Origin: a virus
Taxonomy: Duplodnaviria; Caudoviricetes
Direction: 5' to 3' (one strand)
DNA length: 64,000 nt
IMG/VR virus record: IMGVR_UViG_3300028886_000055
Span: 64,001-128,000 of that record
Positions within the stretch are counted from its first letter, which is position 1. Each line of letters starts with the position of its first letter. The translations under genes were made by a program, and so were the position numbers. The notes under the pieces are model-generated. The model did no database searches and was not told the origin of the DNA. It was given only the letters and a program-made list of their open reading frames with translations. Positions 13,349-25,191 of the stretch are shown one piece after another.

Positions 13349-15543
13349 CATGTAAATCTAACTGTATCATTATAAGGATTACCATCATAAAGCTGATTAA
13401 GTTCGATTTTAACTTTCTATTTATCAATTTCAGTTTGTCCTTCTTTATAGGTTCTATCAGTCTAAGCTTGATACCATCTGATTTCTTTATCGGTTTCAAG
13501 TTTAGCCTATTCTAGTTGTAACTTCTATTCGTTAAGTTGCTCTAGTTTTTGAGACATTTGCTAGTTCTGCTATTGAAGTTGCTACATCTATTGTTGAGCC
13601 TATTCAAGTTGTTGTTGAAGTTGATTAATCTAGTCTAATTCAGCTTTCTTTTTAGCCCATCCTTTTTTCATCATTTGCTTTAATTCAGTCATACTACGAC
13701 AAGAAATAGCTTCAGCAGCCATATCTGGCTCTAGCATATTAGCCTATATCATCTATATGACTGTCTATCTCAACTACTCTAAATCTTTAAGAATTTGAGT
13801 TGAAGATATAATATGTATATCATAATCTGTAACTGTAAAATATTCTGGAAGAATTGTAAATACTTTCTACAAATGATCTCCAAGAATAATAGAACCAGTT
13901 AAACCATTTTTCCATACAATTTTAGCCATATCAACACAATCAATCAATATATCAGTAACTAAAGTATCCATTTGTTGATAAAATGGCTTTGTGATTGTAA
14001 ATGAATTTTTAGCTCCGGCTTCTATATTACTTACAGCATCACGCTATGTAATTCCATTTAACCTTTCTCTAAATACACCTGTAATTGAAGTTACCTGATT
14101 TTCAATACGTTCAAGAACTATTTCAAATGCTTGAATAGCTTGAACTTTTGTAGCATCATCAAATCCAGACATAAATGTATTGTTATTAAATCCTCTACCT
14201 TCTTGTGAAGAATCAATAAGAGCTGTACCACCTTTTTTATATGCTAACCATTTCTAGATACGTTCTGTCATATCTGAACCTAAAAATGCAGGAAGCATTG
14301 AAACATCAAGCCAATCTCCAATTGTACCGCTGTTAGCAAGAAGATTATCACGTAAGAAAATAGTTACATCATAACGATCTTGTAAAGTTGTACATTGTAA
14401 AACAAGGCTAGTTGGTAAATTATCACGATTCATCATAAATATACCACCTACTGATAGTTTACAATGTCTTGGAGCATCTTGTGTTCTTATAATATTCTAA
14501 GATAATCCAGTAGGAATATATATAGAGTTACCTATACGTACACCCTCATATCGATTTTGGATATATTTACCTCCCTATTTATCTACGTCAATCCACTCAA
14601 CTTCAAATACAGGAAGTAGTTTATACATATAAGTTTCGTATCCGTCAATTGGAAATCCAGGCACCACTCGTTTACCATTATCTAAATCTCCTTCCATTGG
14701 AGCATGAAGTAATGAATTATTATGTGCAGTAACATACATAAAATTACCATCTTCATAATGATTATGCATATCATCAAGTTCAGATATTGCATCACGAGTC
14801 ATTCTATCTCCATATTCTGCAAGAATTTGTTCTCGGGTCATCCATTTACGAATAACTACACGATAACTATCTTTAACATACGGAGAATCTGGATTTCTAT
14901 CTACAAACGTATTTAAAGGGTTAAGACATTCAATAACCAAATTAGTACCTTCGGGAGAAGGTTTAGTACGATAAAAAGCACATCCAGCTATTAACAAGTC
15001 TTGGAGTAATATTCTTTTTTTATTTGAAAGATCGGTTACTCTAGATTGAGATACATAATCTATAACATTTTGTGCTGCTATTTCGTACTCACTTATAAAA
15101 TTGTTATCAATGTCTTCGATAAGTTTATTTATTTGCTAATCAATAGCTGGATCTTTTAAATCCTTTCCATTTACAAAATCAAGAATCTATTTATTTAAAT
15201 CTTGTTTATATAAATTAAAAAGTTGTCGTTTTATCTCAAGTAGTTTATCTCTATTTATGTTAGTTAGAGTCTATTCATCTTTACAAGAAACTTTAGCAAT
15301 TGTTGGTACATCCAAATATTCGCCAAGTAATGCATCTACATGCTTTTTAATTAACGGTGTAAACTCAACTTGTGTTGGATTACCTATACCAAAATTTTCT
15401 TCAAGATACCTAAACTATTCAGAATCTCGTCTACCGTTATAGTAATTATAAGCTTTCTATAATTTAAATTTATGATGGACAAGTTCATTAATAGCTTTGT
15501 CTACTTGTTCTATTACATATTCTTTACCCCTCGCAGCAGCCAC
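13348..15543 (-). CDS. portal protein (recoded)
   Basis: 732 codons from GTG; KAYNYYNG...YLEENFGIGNPTQVEFTPLIKKHVDALLGEY; Gln-rich C-terminal coiled coil; next to terminase. Confidence 0.85.
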
Positions 15544-15802
15544 GTGTAAAATATAATTTTTTTAATTCCGAAAATTCTATACTGTCCCAATGAATCTTTC
15601 GTAATTCTTTACATATAAAATTAAGAAACTATTCTGCGTTTCCATCAAACGCACATTCATAAGGAATATCATTATGCCCAAAACCTAACTGTAATTTATA
15701 ACCAGATTTAAGTTTAATTACTTTGATCATTCCAGTATATTCTTTTTCATAAACGTTTTTAATAATATCCAAGACTGCTGATTCTAAGTCTTTCGTATCC
15801 AT
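15524..15802 (-). CDS. hypothetical protein between terminase and portal
   Basis: ORF 15629..15817 extended through a TAG. Confidence 0.6.
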
Positions 15803-18041
15803 AATATGAATCAACATCTATTATATTTGTGTCTATTGTAGCATTAACTTCAGTTGTAGGAGCTTTAGGAATTCTACCTTTGTGAATAATTCCACGTTCA
15901 TCTTTCCAATAGCCAAAGTCTTCAAATTTATCTTGTTGCGAATCTATTTTTGGCTAAACAAACATTAATTCTTCATTAGCAAGAAATGCCATTTGCATAG
16001 CAGCTACAATATCAAATTTTCTTTTATTTTCATAAGAATATCTTGACAATTCATCAAGGATTTCTCTAAACCAAATTTCACCACAATATTCATCAATATA
16101 ATCAGAGATCATATCAAGTCCATGTTTAATTGTAGTTTCGTTGGCTGGAGCACCAAATTGTCGACTTTTACCGTTCTATATATCGGATTGACAGGCTCTA
16201 GGTCTTCGCATTAAATAACGATTTTCACATTTTTTACTTCTAAAGAATTGAAGTAAAGATATACGAGTAGATTCAAGGCAAGCTTTCGCATTATACCATT
16301 GTAATAATCTCAGACACATTACATGTGCATCCCTAACTTTTTGTGGCCTATCTTTATAATAAGCTACAATTTGAGGAGGATGCATACCATAAGCACGTCT
16401 AAGTATTACTACACAGAAATCAGATGGATCTTTATAACTAGCAGATGTATCTTCCTAACCTAAATCAATACCGTCAATTCCAGCAACATATAAATTAACT
16501 GGAACTTGTTTATCATCATCTATTTTAGGAGCTTCTAACACATGAACTTTTCCACCTTGTTGTGATACAAATTTCACACCTTCGATCATTTCATCAGTAA
16601 CAACATTATCTTTAAATATGTATTCCAAAGTTCCATGCTAGATTGTAGGTACATCTTTACCATTCATAAGTATCCTAGCCATCTATTCTGCAATAAGTGC
16701 TTGGTCGAATTGGTTTTCACCTTCAAGAGCAAATGCTTCTTCTGCTGTAAAACAGTGTTCAGCACATTCGCGTTTATACTCTTTTGGCATACTTAATAGA
16801 TTGTTTCGAGTTAGATTTCTAAACTTTTTAACTTCCTCTCTATCAACTACACCTCTGTCATCAATAAATCGTATATATTTACCTTCTTCTGATTCATATC
16901 CATCTTTTAAAATAAAGTCAGCTGCAGATACAAAAAATCCTGATAATTTGTATTCACCACTATCAAAATTATTATGTCTGTATGGAAGTATATTAAAAGC
17001 AATTGGATTATAAAACATATCTCTTAACTAATCCACTGATTTCATATCACCTCCGGTACCAAATACAATTCTTGTACCTATCTTATTACCTCCAACTTCT
17101 ACAAGAGCATTACCTTTAATATAAGTTTCTTTTAAAATAGGATTTGAACCTGCTTCTTCGTATAAGAGTAGATCAATACGATCACCACGAAGTTTACTAG
17201 ACTAATCTATGACTAATCCTTCTATATCAGAATTCCAGGAGTTTGGTAATTCTTCACGCTATTTATTTATTTTTGATGCCTTTTTATGATAAGCAGTATT
17301 CATTTTCTAACGAACGTGTCTCATACCGCCTTCTGTATCAGCATTTAAAAAGTCTAACTATAGCCAAGCTTTTTTTAATGAGTCAGATACGAATTTGTCA
17401 GTTGCAGCAATTATAACATTGTGAGTATTACGTCTAGTACTGTAATTATTAACTAATAAACTAGCTCCAATTTCTGACCAGCCAATACCACGACTTTTAA
17501 CTGTTAAAACATCATGTTTTAATATCTAACCCATCTCTATATAATGAAAATATTCGTATTGCTTATCAACAAAAGCTGGAAATATTAAACCTCTACCCTA
17601 GCCTGCTTTTTTAACATCAGTTTCGGGTAGTCTATAATAATTTAAAAAGAAATAGTGATCTCCAGTAATTCTATAACCATTAACACTCATACCGTTATTA
17701 CATCGATCATATTCCTTTTTCCAAAAATCCATATAAGCTTTAGTTCCCTATGGGTATGAACAATATTTACCTGTCTGTAATTTAACTTCTCTAGCTTCTG
17801 TAAACCATTCTGGTTTAAAGTCTAAACCCTTAGTTTTAGTTAACGGTCTGTAACCAGTTAATTCATAAGATAAATCAGAATCAAAATAATCAATTTTATC
17901 GTTTAATTTAACGTCCCAAGTCATTACGTCTTTATTAAATAAAGACTCTCTTAAAGCTTGTATATTATTATCAAGTGCTTGCTACTAGAGTTTATCCTAA
18001 TTTATTTTTAAAGTAGGATTCTATTTCTTTTTACGAGGCAT
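15759..18041 (-). CDS. terL: terminase large subunit (recoded)
   Basis: 761 codons; Walker A KSRGIGWSE, RGDR..LLLYEEAGS, FGTGG, nuclease YVAGIDGID. Confidence 0.92.
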
Positions 18042-18379
18042 TATTTTCTTTTAGGTTTTACATCAGGTTTCCACGTAGGTCTTTGATTTTCATTAGTTGG
18101 AGTATCCTACTCTTTAGTATATTTTCTATTACCTCTACTATCAAAACGTTCAGGATGATTCTTTTTTTCTTCTTGAAGCTTTTTTGCTTGTTTTTCCTGT
18201 TCTTGTTTTAATTTATAATTCTATTGAAATTGTTTAAACTTATTACCTTGTTGTAACTTAGCTCCACCACAATCTTTTTTCATTTTAGCTTTACCCCCGC
18301 ATTTGTATTGTTGTAAATCACTGTCTGTAATACCTGCAATCTATGAGGCAAAATCATACATTTCTTCGTTTGAAATCAT
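18041..18379 (-). CDS. basic protein with KCGG motifs (recoded)
   Basis: 113 codons; YKCGGKAKMKKDCGG. Confidence 0.6.
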
Positions 18380-18390
18380 AATTATAAATA

Positions 18391-18969
18391 TTAATCAAAA
18401 GCGCCGATTTCTACATCACCCATAAGACCATTACTGTCTTGTTCAAGCTCTTTCTTATATAGAATCTCAAGTGCTTTAAGTTGTTCTATTACATCTGAAA
18501 CACCTTTCATTTCGGCCATTACATCTTTAACTTTAAATACTGGTTTTCCATTTGGATCACGTTCATCTAAATCAATAATGGTATCGAAATAATCGGTAAT
18601 TTTATCTACTGTACCTTTAGCAGCATTTATAAGCCTAAGTATTCTAGAGGAATTCTGAAGTTCTCGATATTTACGACAAGCTGCTCTAAATTCTGGATTA
18701 TTCCATTCTTCTTCTGTTAGATGTGCATCCTCTATACAAGCCTAGTGTCTTTCTTGTTCATCATAGTCTGAATAGGGACTGGCCCAATCTAACATTAACC
18801 ATATATAAGTTAGTTCTCTATATGCTCTTAGACGTTTTCCTCCAGTTTTATCCTCTTTACATTCATTTCTCTTCTTATCCCATAACGCTGCAAATTCTTT
18901 TATTATAAGAACTTCAGGTTCATTAATAGTTATTTCATTAGTCGCATTATCAAAGAGGAAAAATTTCAT
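18391..18969 (-). CDS. conserved crAss-like protein, possible terminase small subunit (recoded)
   Basis: ORF 18742..18969 extends through a TAG to 193 codons; position upstream of terL. Confidence 0.6.
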
Positions 18970-18971
18970 AA

Positions 18972-19664
18972 TTAGTGTCTAAAGAAAGGAATACTTATAA
19001 TATTTGCAGTTTTTACAGCTCTATCTTTTGGTTGTACTTGATTGTATGCTCTATCAAAAGCAGGTTTTGTTGATCTAAAACTTACAACAGGTTTTTCCAT
19101 ATTAGGTCCCCAATAATTATATATAGTATCGTTACCATTAGGAGTTACATCAATATTTCTTTCGTAAACTCTTCCGTCACCATATTTTACATAATCTATC
19201 TAGTTAGAATATCCTGGAGATTTTTTGTATTTACTAATAATAGTGGTTGATTTAGGATTATTTTTTCCACTTTGCATTTTATTTATACCTCCATCTTTAA
19301 AATAAGTAGTTACATGGAATACGCCCTTAGTAGGATCTAGTTTTTTACCTTTTTCACATTTCTTGCACTTACCGCCTTTCTTCATATAACCTTCAGGACA
19401 AGTGTTATTAAGGGCTTTAATTCTATTTAATTTAGCTCCTTTTTCTGCTTTCTACGTTTGCTTCTATTTTATTACTTCTGCCATAGTTTGTGCTACAGCT
19501 TCTGGTCCCTACTCAGCTACTTGTACACAAGCTTGAATACCATCATCACCTAACATCTAAAGAACTTGCTAAAATCCTTCTTTACTAGGTTGCTATTTCA
19601 TAGCTTTTGATAGCAATTGATATCCTTGAGCAAGAACACTCATTATTTTCTCTTGATCGTTCAT
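18972..19664 (-). CDS. hypothetical protein with CPEG/KKGG motifs (recoded)
   Basis: 231 codons including ORF 19200..19385. Confidence 0.6.
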
Positions 19665-19876
19665 ATCTTAATCAAATCTTTAGTTGAAAATACAGCTTCC
19701 TAAAGAAATCCATCTTTAGTAAACCATCTACATCTCATACCTTTAAACTATTCAGATTTATCCGACATTCTAAAGGCCATAGTTTCTTTACCTATTATTA
19801 ACATTGTAGGTTTATTAGGAAGTTCTTGGCGAACTGTTACTAGCTCACCAGGAACAAAATATACTTTATCTTCCAT
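19661..19876 (-). CDS. DUF2158/YodC-like small protein (recoded)
   Basis: FVPGELVTV...P.M...CRWFTKDG pattern. Confidence 0.55.
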
Positions 19877-19877
19877 A

Positions 19878-20441
19878 TTACTTTTCTTCTTTATTAATTT
19901 TTTCGAAACGCTCTTTTACACCAGCGTTAATTACTACATGAATTTGATGTTCAGAAACAACATACAATCCTTGTCCAAAGAATGGAACAGGAACTTGACA
20001 AGCTTCACGATAATAAACAACATCACCAGGTCTTACATATTTAACCATCGGTCCAACTTCAATAACATCCGCTTGAGTTGATAAGTTATACTCCTTATCG
20101 TCTTCTCCAGTATCTGGGTTTTTAAACGAACCATCATATACTGGAATAATAATACCATTTTCTTCTCGCATGGCTTCAAATGGATTTTCTGCATAAGGTC
20201 TTACAAGAATGTAACTATTTGCAGGAATAATTTCCATATCTTTTGCCTTTTCGGCAACTTCTTTACCTTTTGCAAGCTTTCTATCAATTTCAGCTTTTAC
20301 AGCTTCAGTTTTCTTATTTACTTCCTTATTAAAACTTTCTATTGCTTGTTTTTTAGTAGCTTCGTCAAGTGTTTGTGCATTTGCAAAACTTACTGCTGTG
20401 TCTCCTCCAAAAAAATTCATTTTACCATTTTCCATAATCAT
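19878..20441 (-). CDS. GroES-like co-chaperonin
   Basis: IIPANSYILVRP...ENGIIIP...VIEVGPMVKYVRPGDVVYY. Confidence 0.8.
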   Translation of the reverse strand: MIMENGKMNFFGGDTAVSFANAQTLDEATKKQAIESFNKEVNKKTEAVKAEIDRKLAKGKEVAEKAKDMEIIPANSYILVRPYAENPFEAMREENGIIIPVYDGSFKNPDTGEDDKEYNLSTQADVIEVGPMVKYVRPGDVVYYREACQVPVPFFGQGLYVVSEHQIHVVINAGVKERFEKINKEEK

Positions 20442-20464
20442 TTACATTTTTTTAATTGTTAATA

Positions 20465-20701
20465 TTACCACTTTTCTAAGTAACAGGTTTCGGATTTAAC
20501 TGATATTTTACTTTTAATTATACATCCACATATATCACAATATTCTCCAAAACCTTTTGCTTTTTTTATATATTCACATTTTTTACAAATACTATATCTT
20601 CGTTTATAGTAACTAGGTCTTATTCTAAATACATTTCTAAAAGTTCCTAATAATATATTAGGTAGATTCTTTATTATTTTCATTATATGCAAATTCTCCA
20701 T
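20465..20701 (-). CDS. small Cys-rich (zinc-binding) protein
   Basis: CKKC...CDICGC...C...KW. Confidence 0.6.
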   Translation of the reverse strand: MENLHIMKIIKNLPNILLGTFRNVFRIRPSYYKRRYSICKKCEYIKKAKGFGEYCDICGCIIKSKISVKSETCYLEKW

Positions 20702-21296
20702 AATATTCTTTTTCTGCTTTTAACCTGACTTTAACCGCTTCTTCATAAGTATCAAATCTACCTAAACTCTTAGTTTTATTGTTTATTGTGACTTGAGCTG
20801 CCCATTTACCTCGTTCTTTACAATAATAAACTCCTTTACATCCAGATTTATTATTTTTAGGTGTGTGACAATTACAAATGTTTTCTGCATTACAACAAGT
20901 TCTTAAATTAGATTTTCTATTATCTAATCCATTATGATTTATATGATCTACAAATATATTCTTATCGGTAATGTCTAAAATAAACCGGTGCAATCTTCCA
21001 AACTTACTATTAATACAATAAAACGTACTTCTTTGTTTTTCAGATTTATGCCATTTTATGTCTTTAATTTTATCTATATCTTCTAAATCAATTAATGCTC
21101 TCCCACATTCTTTTTGATTTTTATCATATAAAATAATTTCTGCATAATCTTCATATTTAATTATTTCATTTGGATCTGCATTAGTTCTTTCTAGAATTCT
21201 ACCATGCTTTCTGAGTTGAGTATAATGTTTAGAACAATAACCTTTTGCTAACACTTTATTATTGCATCCTTCTACTTTACACATAATCATTACCAT
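20658..21296 (-). CDS. HNH homing endonuclease with AP2 domain
   Basis: LHRFIL...VDHINHNGLDNRKSNLR; SGCKGV...W.AQV...LGRFDTYEEAVKVR. Confidence 0.9.
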   Translation of the reverse strand: MVMIMCKVEGCNNKVLAKGYCSKHYTQLRKHGRILERTNADPNEIIKYEDYAEIILYDKNQKECGRALIDLEDIDKIKDIKWHKSEKQRSTFYCINSKFGRLHRFILDITDKNIFVDHINHNGLDNRKSNLRTCCNAENICNCHTPKNNKSGCKGVYYCKERGKWAAQVTINNKTKSLGRFDTYEEAVKVRLKAEKEYYGEFAYNENNKEST

Positions 21297-21619
21297 TTAC
21301 CTACTGGACAATGTGTGTAAGACAATTTAGTCTTACTACTCAATTTACATCCACAACCTGATTTATATCCAGGTTTTTTAGTTTCAGAAACTTCTCCTGT
21401 AATTGTATCTAAATAAAGTCTACTGTTACATACTGGTCCCATAGCAGTTTGTTTATATAGTGGACACTCTCGGCAAATATCCATTCTTTGTTCAAAAATA
21501 TCTTGATTTTTACCGAGAGCTTCTTTTACATGTCCATCAATTATCGCTTTTAATCCCATATTTTCTATACTTAATTTTAACGTCTGAATTATCTGAATTC
21601 TAGTCCCGCTCTTACTCAA
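21290..21619 (-). CDS. small Cys-rich (zinc-binding) protein
   Basis: CRECP...CGCKLSSK...CPVGKW; true start probably MGLKAII. Confidence 0.7.
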   Translation of the reverse strand: MSKSGTRIQIIQTLKLSIENMGLKAIIDGHVKEALGKNQDIFEQRMDICRECPLYKQTAMGPVCNSRLYLDTITGEVSETKKPGYKSGCGCKLSSKTKLSYTHCPVGKW

Positions 21620-22533
21620 AATTCTATGGGTTTGCGAGCATTTTTTCTTTTTTCTAGAATGATTGATTTTTTATAATCTTTAAGCATCCGTTCTACTTCA
21701 TTTTTAAGATAATTAAGTTCATATTCTTTAGTATTACCTTGATGATCAAAATGTACTATTTTTAATCCTGCAATTTTAAATTCAGGATTAAGTTTTTGAA
21801 CCATCCAAGCATAAGTAGAAAGTTGCATAGTGTAGTGCAATAAGTTACAATCCATTAAATTGTTTAAAGGATATTTCATCATATCAAATTTTTTTAATTG
21901 TGGATTGTAGTATGATTTTTCATCAAGTTTCTTATTTGTTTTCCAATCTATGATCCATATATCGTTACCTTCTTTAACTAATAAATCCACTTGCCCAGCT
22001 ATCTTTAAAATCCCATCGTCAGATTGCCTAAAGATTAAATATTCTGGAAATACGCCATTTTCAATATCTAATAAGCTCGTTCCAGAATCTTCTAAAGTTT
22101 GATTGGTATTTACTTGAAATTTACCTCCTAAACCAAACTTTTTTAAATCAGTTGTTTTTTTACTTGTAAACATGTTTTCTAAATCTGCGTGAATTTTAGT
22201 TCCACGTTCACAAGCTGTTTCGTTTTCTTTTTGCCAACCATCAAGAACTGCTTGTTGTTCTCGATTGAAATCGTTTTCAGTAATACCATACATATCAATA
22301 TAGTATTTAAGCTCTATCTTTTTAGTATCAAGTAGCATCTCCTTTTCTATTTTAAAGTTCTCTTTACTGAGTAATTTTTCTAAAGCTTTATACCCAGACC
22401 AGAATTCTTTATCAAACGGTTGGCAATACTTTCCAATTAATGTTGTTACACTTATGTATTTACCATTATCATCCCAGTATAAATGTTCTTCATCATTATA
22501 CTTCACATTACCATTTTTCTTATCAATTTTCAT
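21616..22533 (-). CDS. PD-(D/E)XK exonuclease
   Basis: SVTTLI, RGTKIH, AGQVDLL, IIDWKT, YTMQLSTY motifs. Confidence 0.85.
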   Translation of the reverse strand: MKIDKKNGNVKYNDEEHLYWDDNGKYISVTTLIGKYCQPFDKEFWSGYKALEKLLSKENFKIEKEMLLDTKKIELKYYIDMYGITENDFNREQQAVLDGWQKENETACERGTKIHADLENMFTSKKTTDLKKFGLGGKFQVNTNQTLEDSGTSLLDIENGVFPEYLIFRQSDDGILKIAGQVDLLVKEGNDIWIIDWKTNKKLDEKSYYNPQLKKFDMMKYPLNNLMDCNLLHYTMQLSTYAWMVQKLNPEFKIAGLKIVHFDHQGNTKEYELNYLKNEVERMLKDYKKSIILEKRKNARKPIEF

Positions 22534-23219
22534 AATTCTTTAATTCCATGAACATAATTGTAATCTAATAAAACTGCTAAAGGCTATATATTTGGAGCTA
22601 TAGCCTTTCTAATATCATCTAATGTTAATTCCGAAAGTTCTTGTTTATAAAGAACAACTAACATACCTACGGATCCATCTACTCCAATAATCGGATAAAA
22701 AACAGCAGATGAGGCGTTACTTCTCTCTATTAAATACGTAAACTTTGGATATTCCTCTCTAAACATCTGTACGTTGTGCATCAATAAACACCTGCGTATT
22801 GTTATTTTTTGAATTTCTTCTCCATAATTCATATAATCTAATTCCTTCCAGTAATCAATACAAGGATTAGATTCCTAAAAACTTTCACATAACCCTGTTA
22901 AATATCTATAAGATAATCCATGAGAACTAGTTAAGGTGTTATGATAATTTAGTAATAGTACGTTTGTAGCTTTTTCATCCTGAGTTAAAATATCTTCAAG
23001 AATATTATGAACCTTAGGAGTTATTTCTATCGTATACTATTCTCGATCTTGTTTAGCTTTAGTCTCACGCTATATTTCTTGTCTAAACATATTCACCATT
23101 CCGTCTTTACTACACTGGAATAGGACAACTCCCATTAAAAATATTATAAGGAGTCGTAAGAAATCTGGAGATAACTTTGCAAGCCATTCCCAAATAATTT
23201 TTAAATTTGATAAATTCAT
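22530..23219 (-). CDS. single-TM membrane protein, T4 T-like holin candidate (recoded)
   Basis: N-terminal TM helix then a soluble domain with LLLNYHN; 230 codons. Confidence 0.55.
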
Positions 23220-23404
23220 TGTATCTTATTCTACATATTTAGCTATGTATTGTTTATAATTATTAAGTCGTGCTATTAATTCTATCAAAAGTTATTTATT
23301 GCACATTTATCTATTTGTTTATACACAAAAATATTAATAATTTTACTAACTAACAAGTAAATAATGAAGAAGATAAATTTTATAAATCCAAACATATATA
23401 ATCT

Positions 23405-23722
23405 ATGAACTTTTATAGTATAAACACTTTTTAGCATATTCCATATTTTAAAAATGGACATAAGATACATATAAAGAAAAGCAATCGTGGTAAATTTACA
23501 GAATATTGTAATGGTAAAGTTACAGATGAATGTATTTAGAGAGGAAAGAATAGCAAAGATCCAAAAATTAGGAAGAGAGCTACTTTTGCAGCAAATGCAA
23601 GACATTGGTCTAAAAAAGACGGAGGAACGTTTGGTTTAAATATGCATTCTCCAGCTGTTTTCCCTGAAGTTACTTAGATGACCAATCATTGGTATGCAAT
23701 AAAAAAGAAATATGTTAAATGA
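23405..23722 (+). CDS. small basic crAss-like protein (recoded)
   Basis: IHIKKSNRGKFTEYC...RKRATFAANARHW. Confidence 0.7.
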
Positions 23723-24440
23723 TACTTTTGTAACTTATGAAAATATTGAACAAAAATAGCCTGTAACTGATTTTTCAGAAATAGAATAGTTGAATTCAGA
23801 ATTATTCAATCCTTATTCAGATATGAATTTACAAATTTCTGGAACGTCATTTGCTCCAAAACAAGGATTGTATGACTCACTATTAGGATAGATTTCCCAA
23901 CAAGTTGAAAACTAGCAAACTTCTCAGCAAGTTAGTTCATAGCAGAATATTCCCACTGGAGATAGGCGTAGCTATGTTAAAAATTGGTTAATGAAAAATC
24001 AAGGATTATCTAATGAACAAGCATCTGCACTAACTGGAGTATGGTGGGCAGAATCTCATCTTAATCCTGGAATTCATGAAATCGGTAAAGAAAATAATCC
24101 TTATGCTGGTAAAGGTATTGCACAATGGACAGGCAGATAGAGATAGAAACACGCAGAAGATATATATAGACAAATATATGGTAAATCTAAACCTATAAAA
24201 GAAATGTCTTTAGATGAACAATTAAATGTTGCTATTGCTGAATTTAAAGAACGTGGTACTTGGCAACAGTTCTTAAACGCCAAAGATATTAAAACAGCAA
24301 CTGATGTCGTATGGAGAGGCTACGAAAATGGGTACAACACTTTAGCTTCTCACGAATCAATGAAAAAAACTTATGGTAAAAATTATAACAAATAGTGGGC
24401 TGATAGGTTTAGATTTGCACAGGAAATAAGTAGAATATAA
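23712..24440 (+). CDS. phage tail lysozyme-like protein (recoded)
   Basis: GVWWAESHLNP...GKGIAQWT..R...YE motifs; 243 codons. Confidence 0.75.
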
Positions 24441-25060
24441 TGGTAGAATATCAAGTAGTAAGACCTTCATTTGAATTACAAATGCCTGATTTTAACATTG
24501 AACGTTTTTATAATTAGCCTAAATTAGATTATACAGACGCATATAATCCTGACTTTGGAACTAAAATACAAAACGATAATATATATGATAGTTTATTAGG
24601 AGATATTAAAGAATCTGATCCTGTATAGCAAACTGTAAATGTAGATACTTCTAAAAAGTTAACAGATGCAATTCAAAAGCATTTAGGTGAATCTTATAGC
24701 CAAGCAAGAAGAGGACAATTTGGTTTCTCAGATTGTTCTAGTTTTGTTGGTAAAGTATTAAAAGATGCTGGTATAAATACATTTAATGGGTTACCTACTG
24801 CTAAAGCTATGTACGAAAGTGGTAAGTTAGAATCAGTAACAAAAGCACAGCCTGGGGATTTAATATTCTTTAGAGGGACAGATAACAGAGGTTCTAATTA
24901 TATATCTCATATTGGTATAGTAGCAGAGGTTGATCCAAATGGCAATCCAACTAAAATGGCACATGCTTCAGCTAGATAGTACAAAAAAACAGTGATAGTA
25001 AATTATAATCCAAATTACTGGAATAAATATAAACCAGAAATTAAAAGATTAAAAACTTAA
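24440..25060 (+). CDS. NlpC/P60 peptidoglycan endopeptidase (recoded)
   Basis: DCSSFV, PGDLIFF, HIGI, HAS motifs; absent from the ORF track because of TAGs. Confidence 0.85.
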
Positions 25061-25072
25061 TTTATTTAAACT

Positions 25073-25114
25073 AAAAATCCCGAGCCTAGGATAAAACCTA
25101 AGTTCGGGATTTTT
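25073..25114. terminator. bidirectional intrinsic terminator
   Basis: AAAAATCCCGAGCCTAGG/CCTAAGTTCGGGATTTTT hairpin between convergent genes. Confidence 0.75.
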
Positions 25115-25191
25115 GTTTTTAATGAACATAATTAAACATCTTCTCCTAAGATAAATTCTCCACTTCCAGCATTGCCAACATTCTGCTCATG

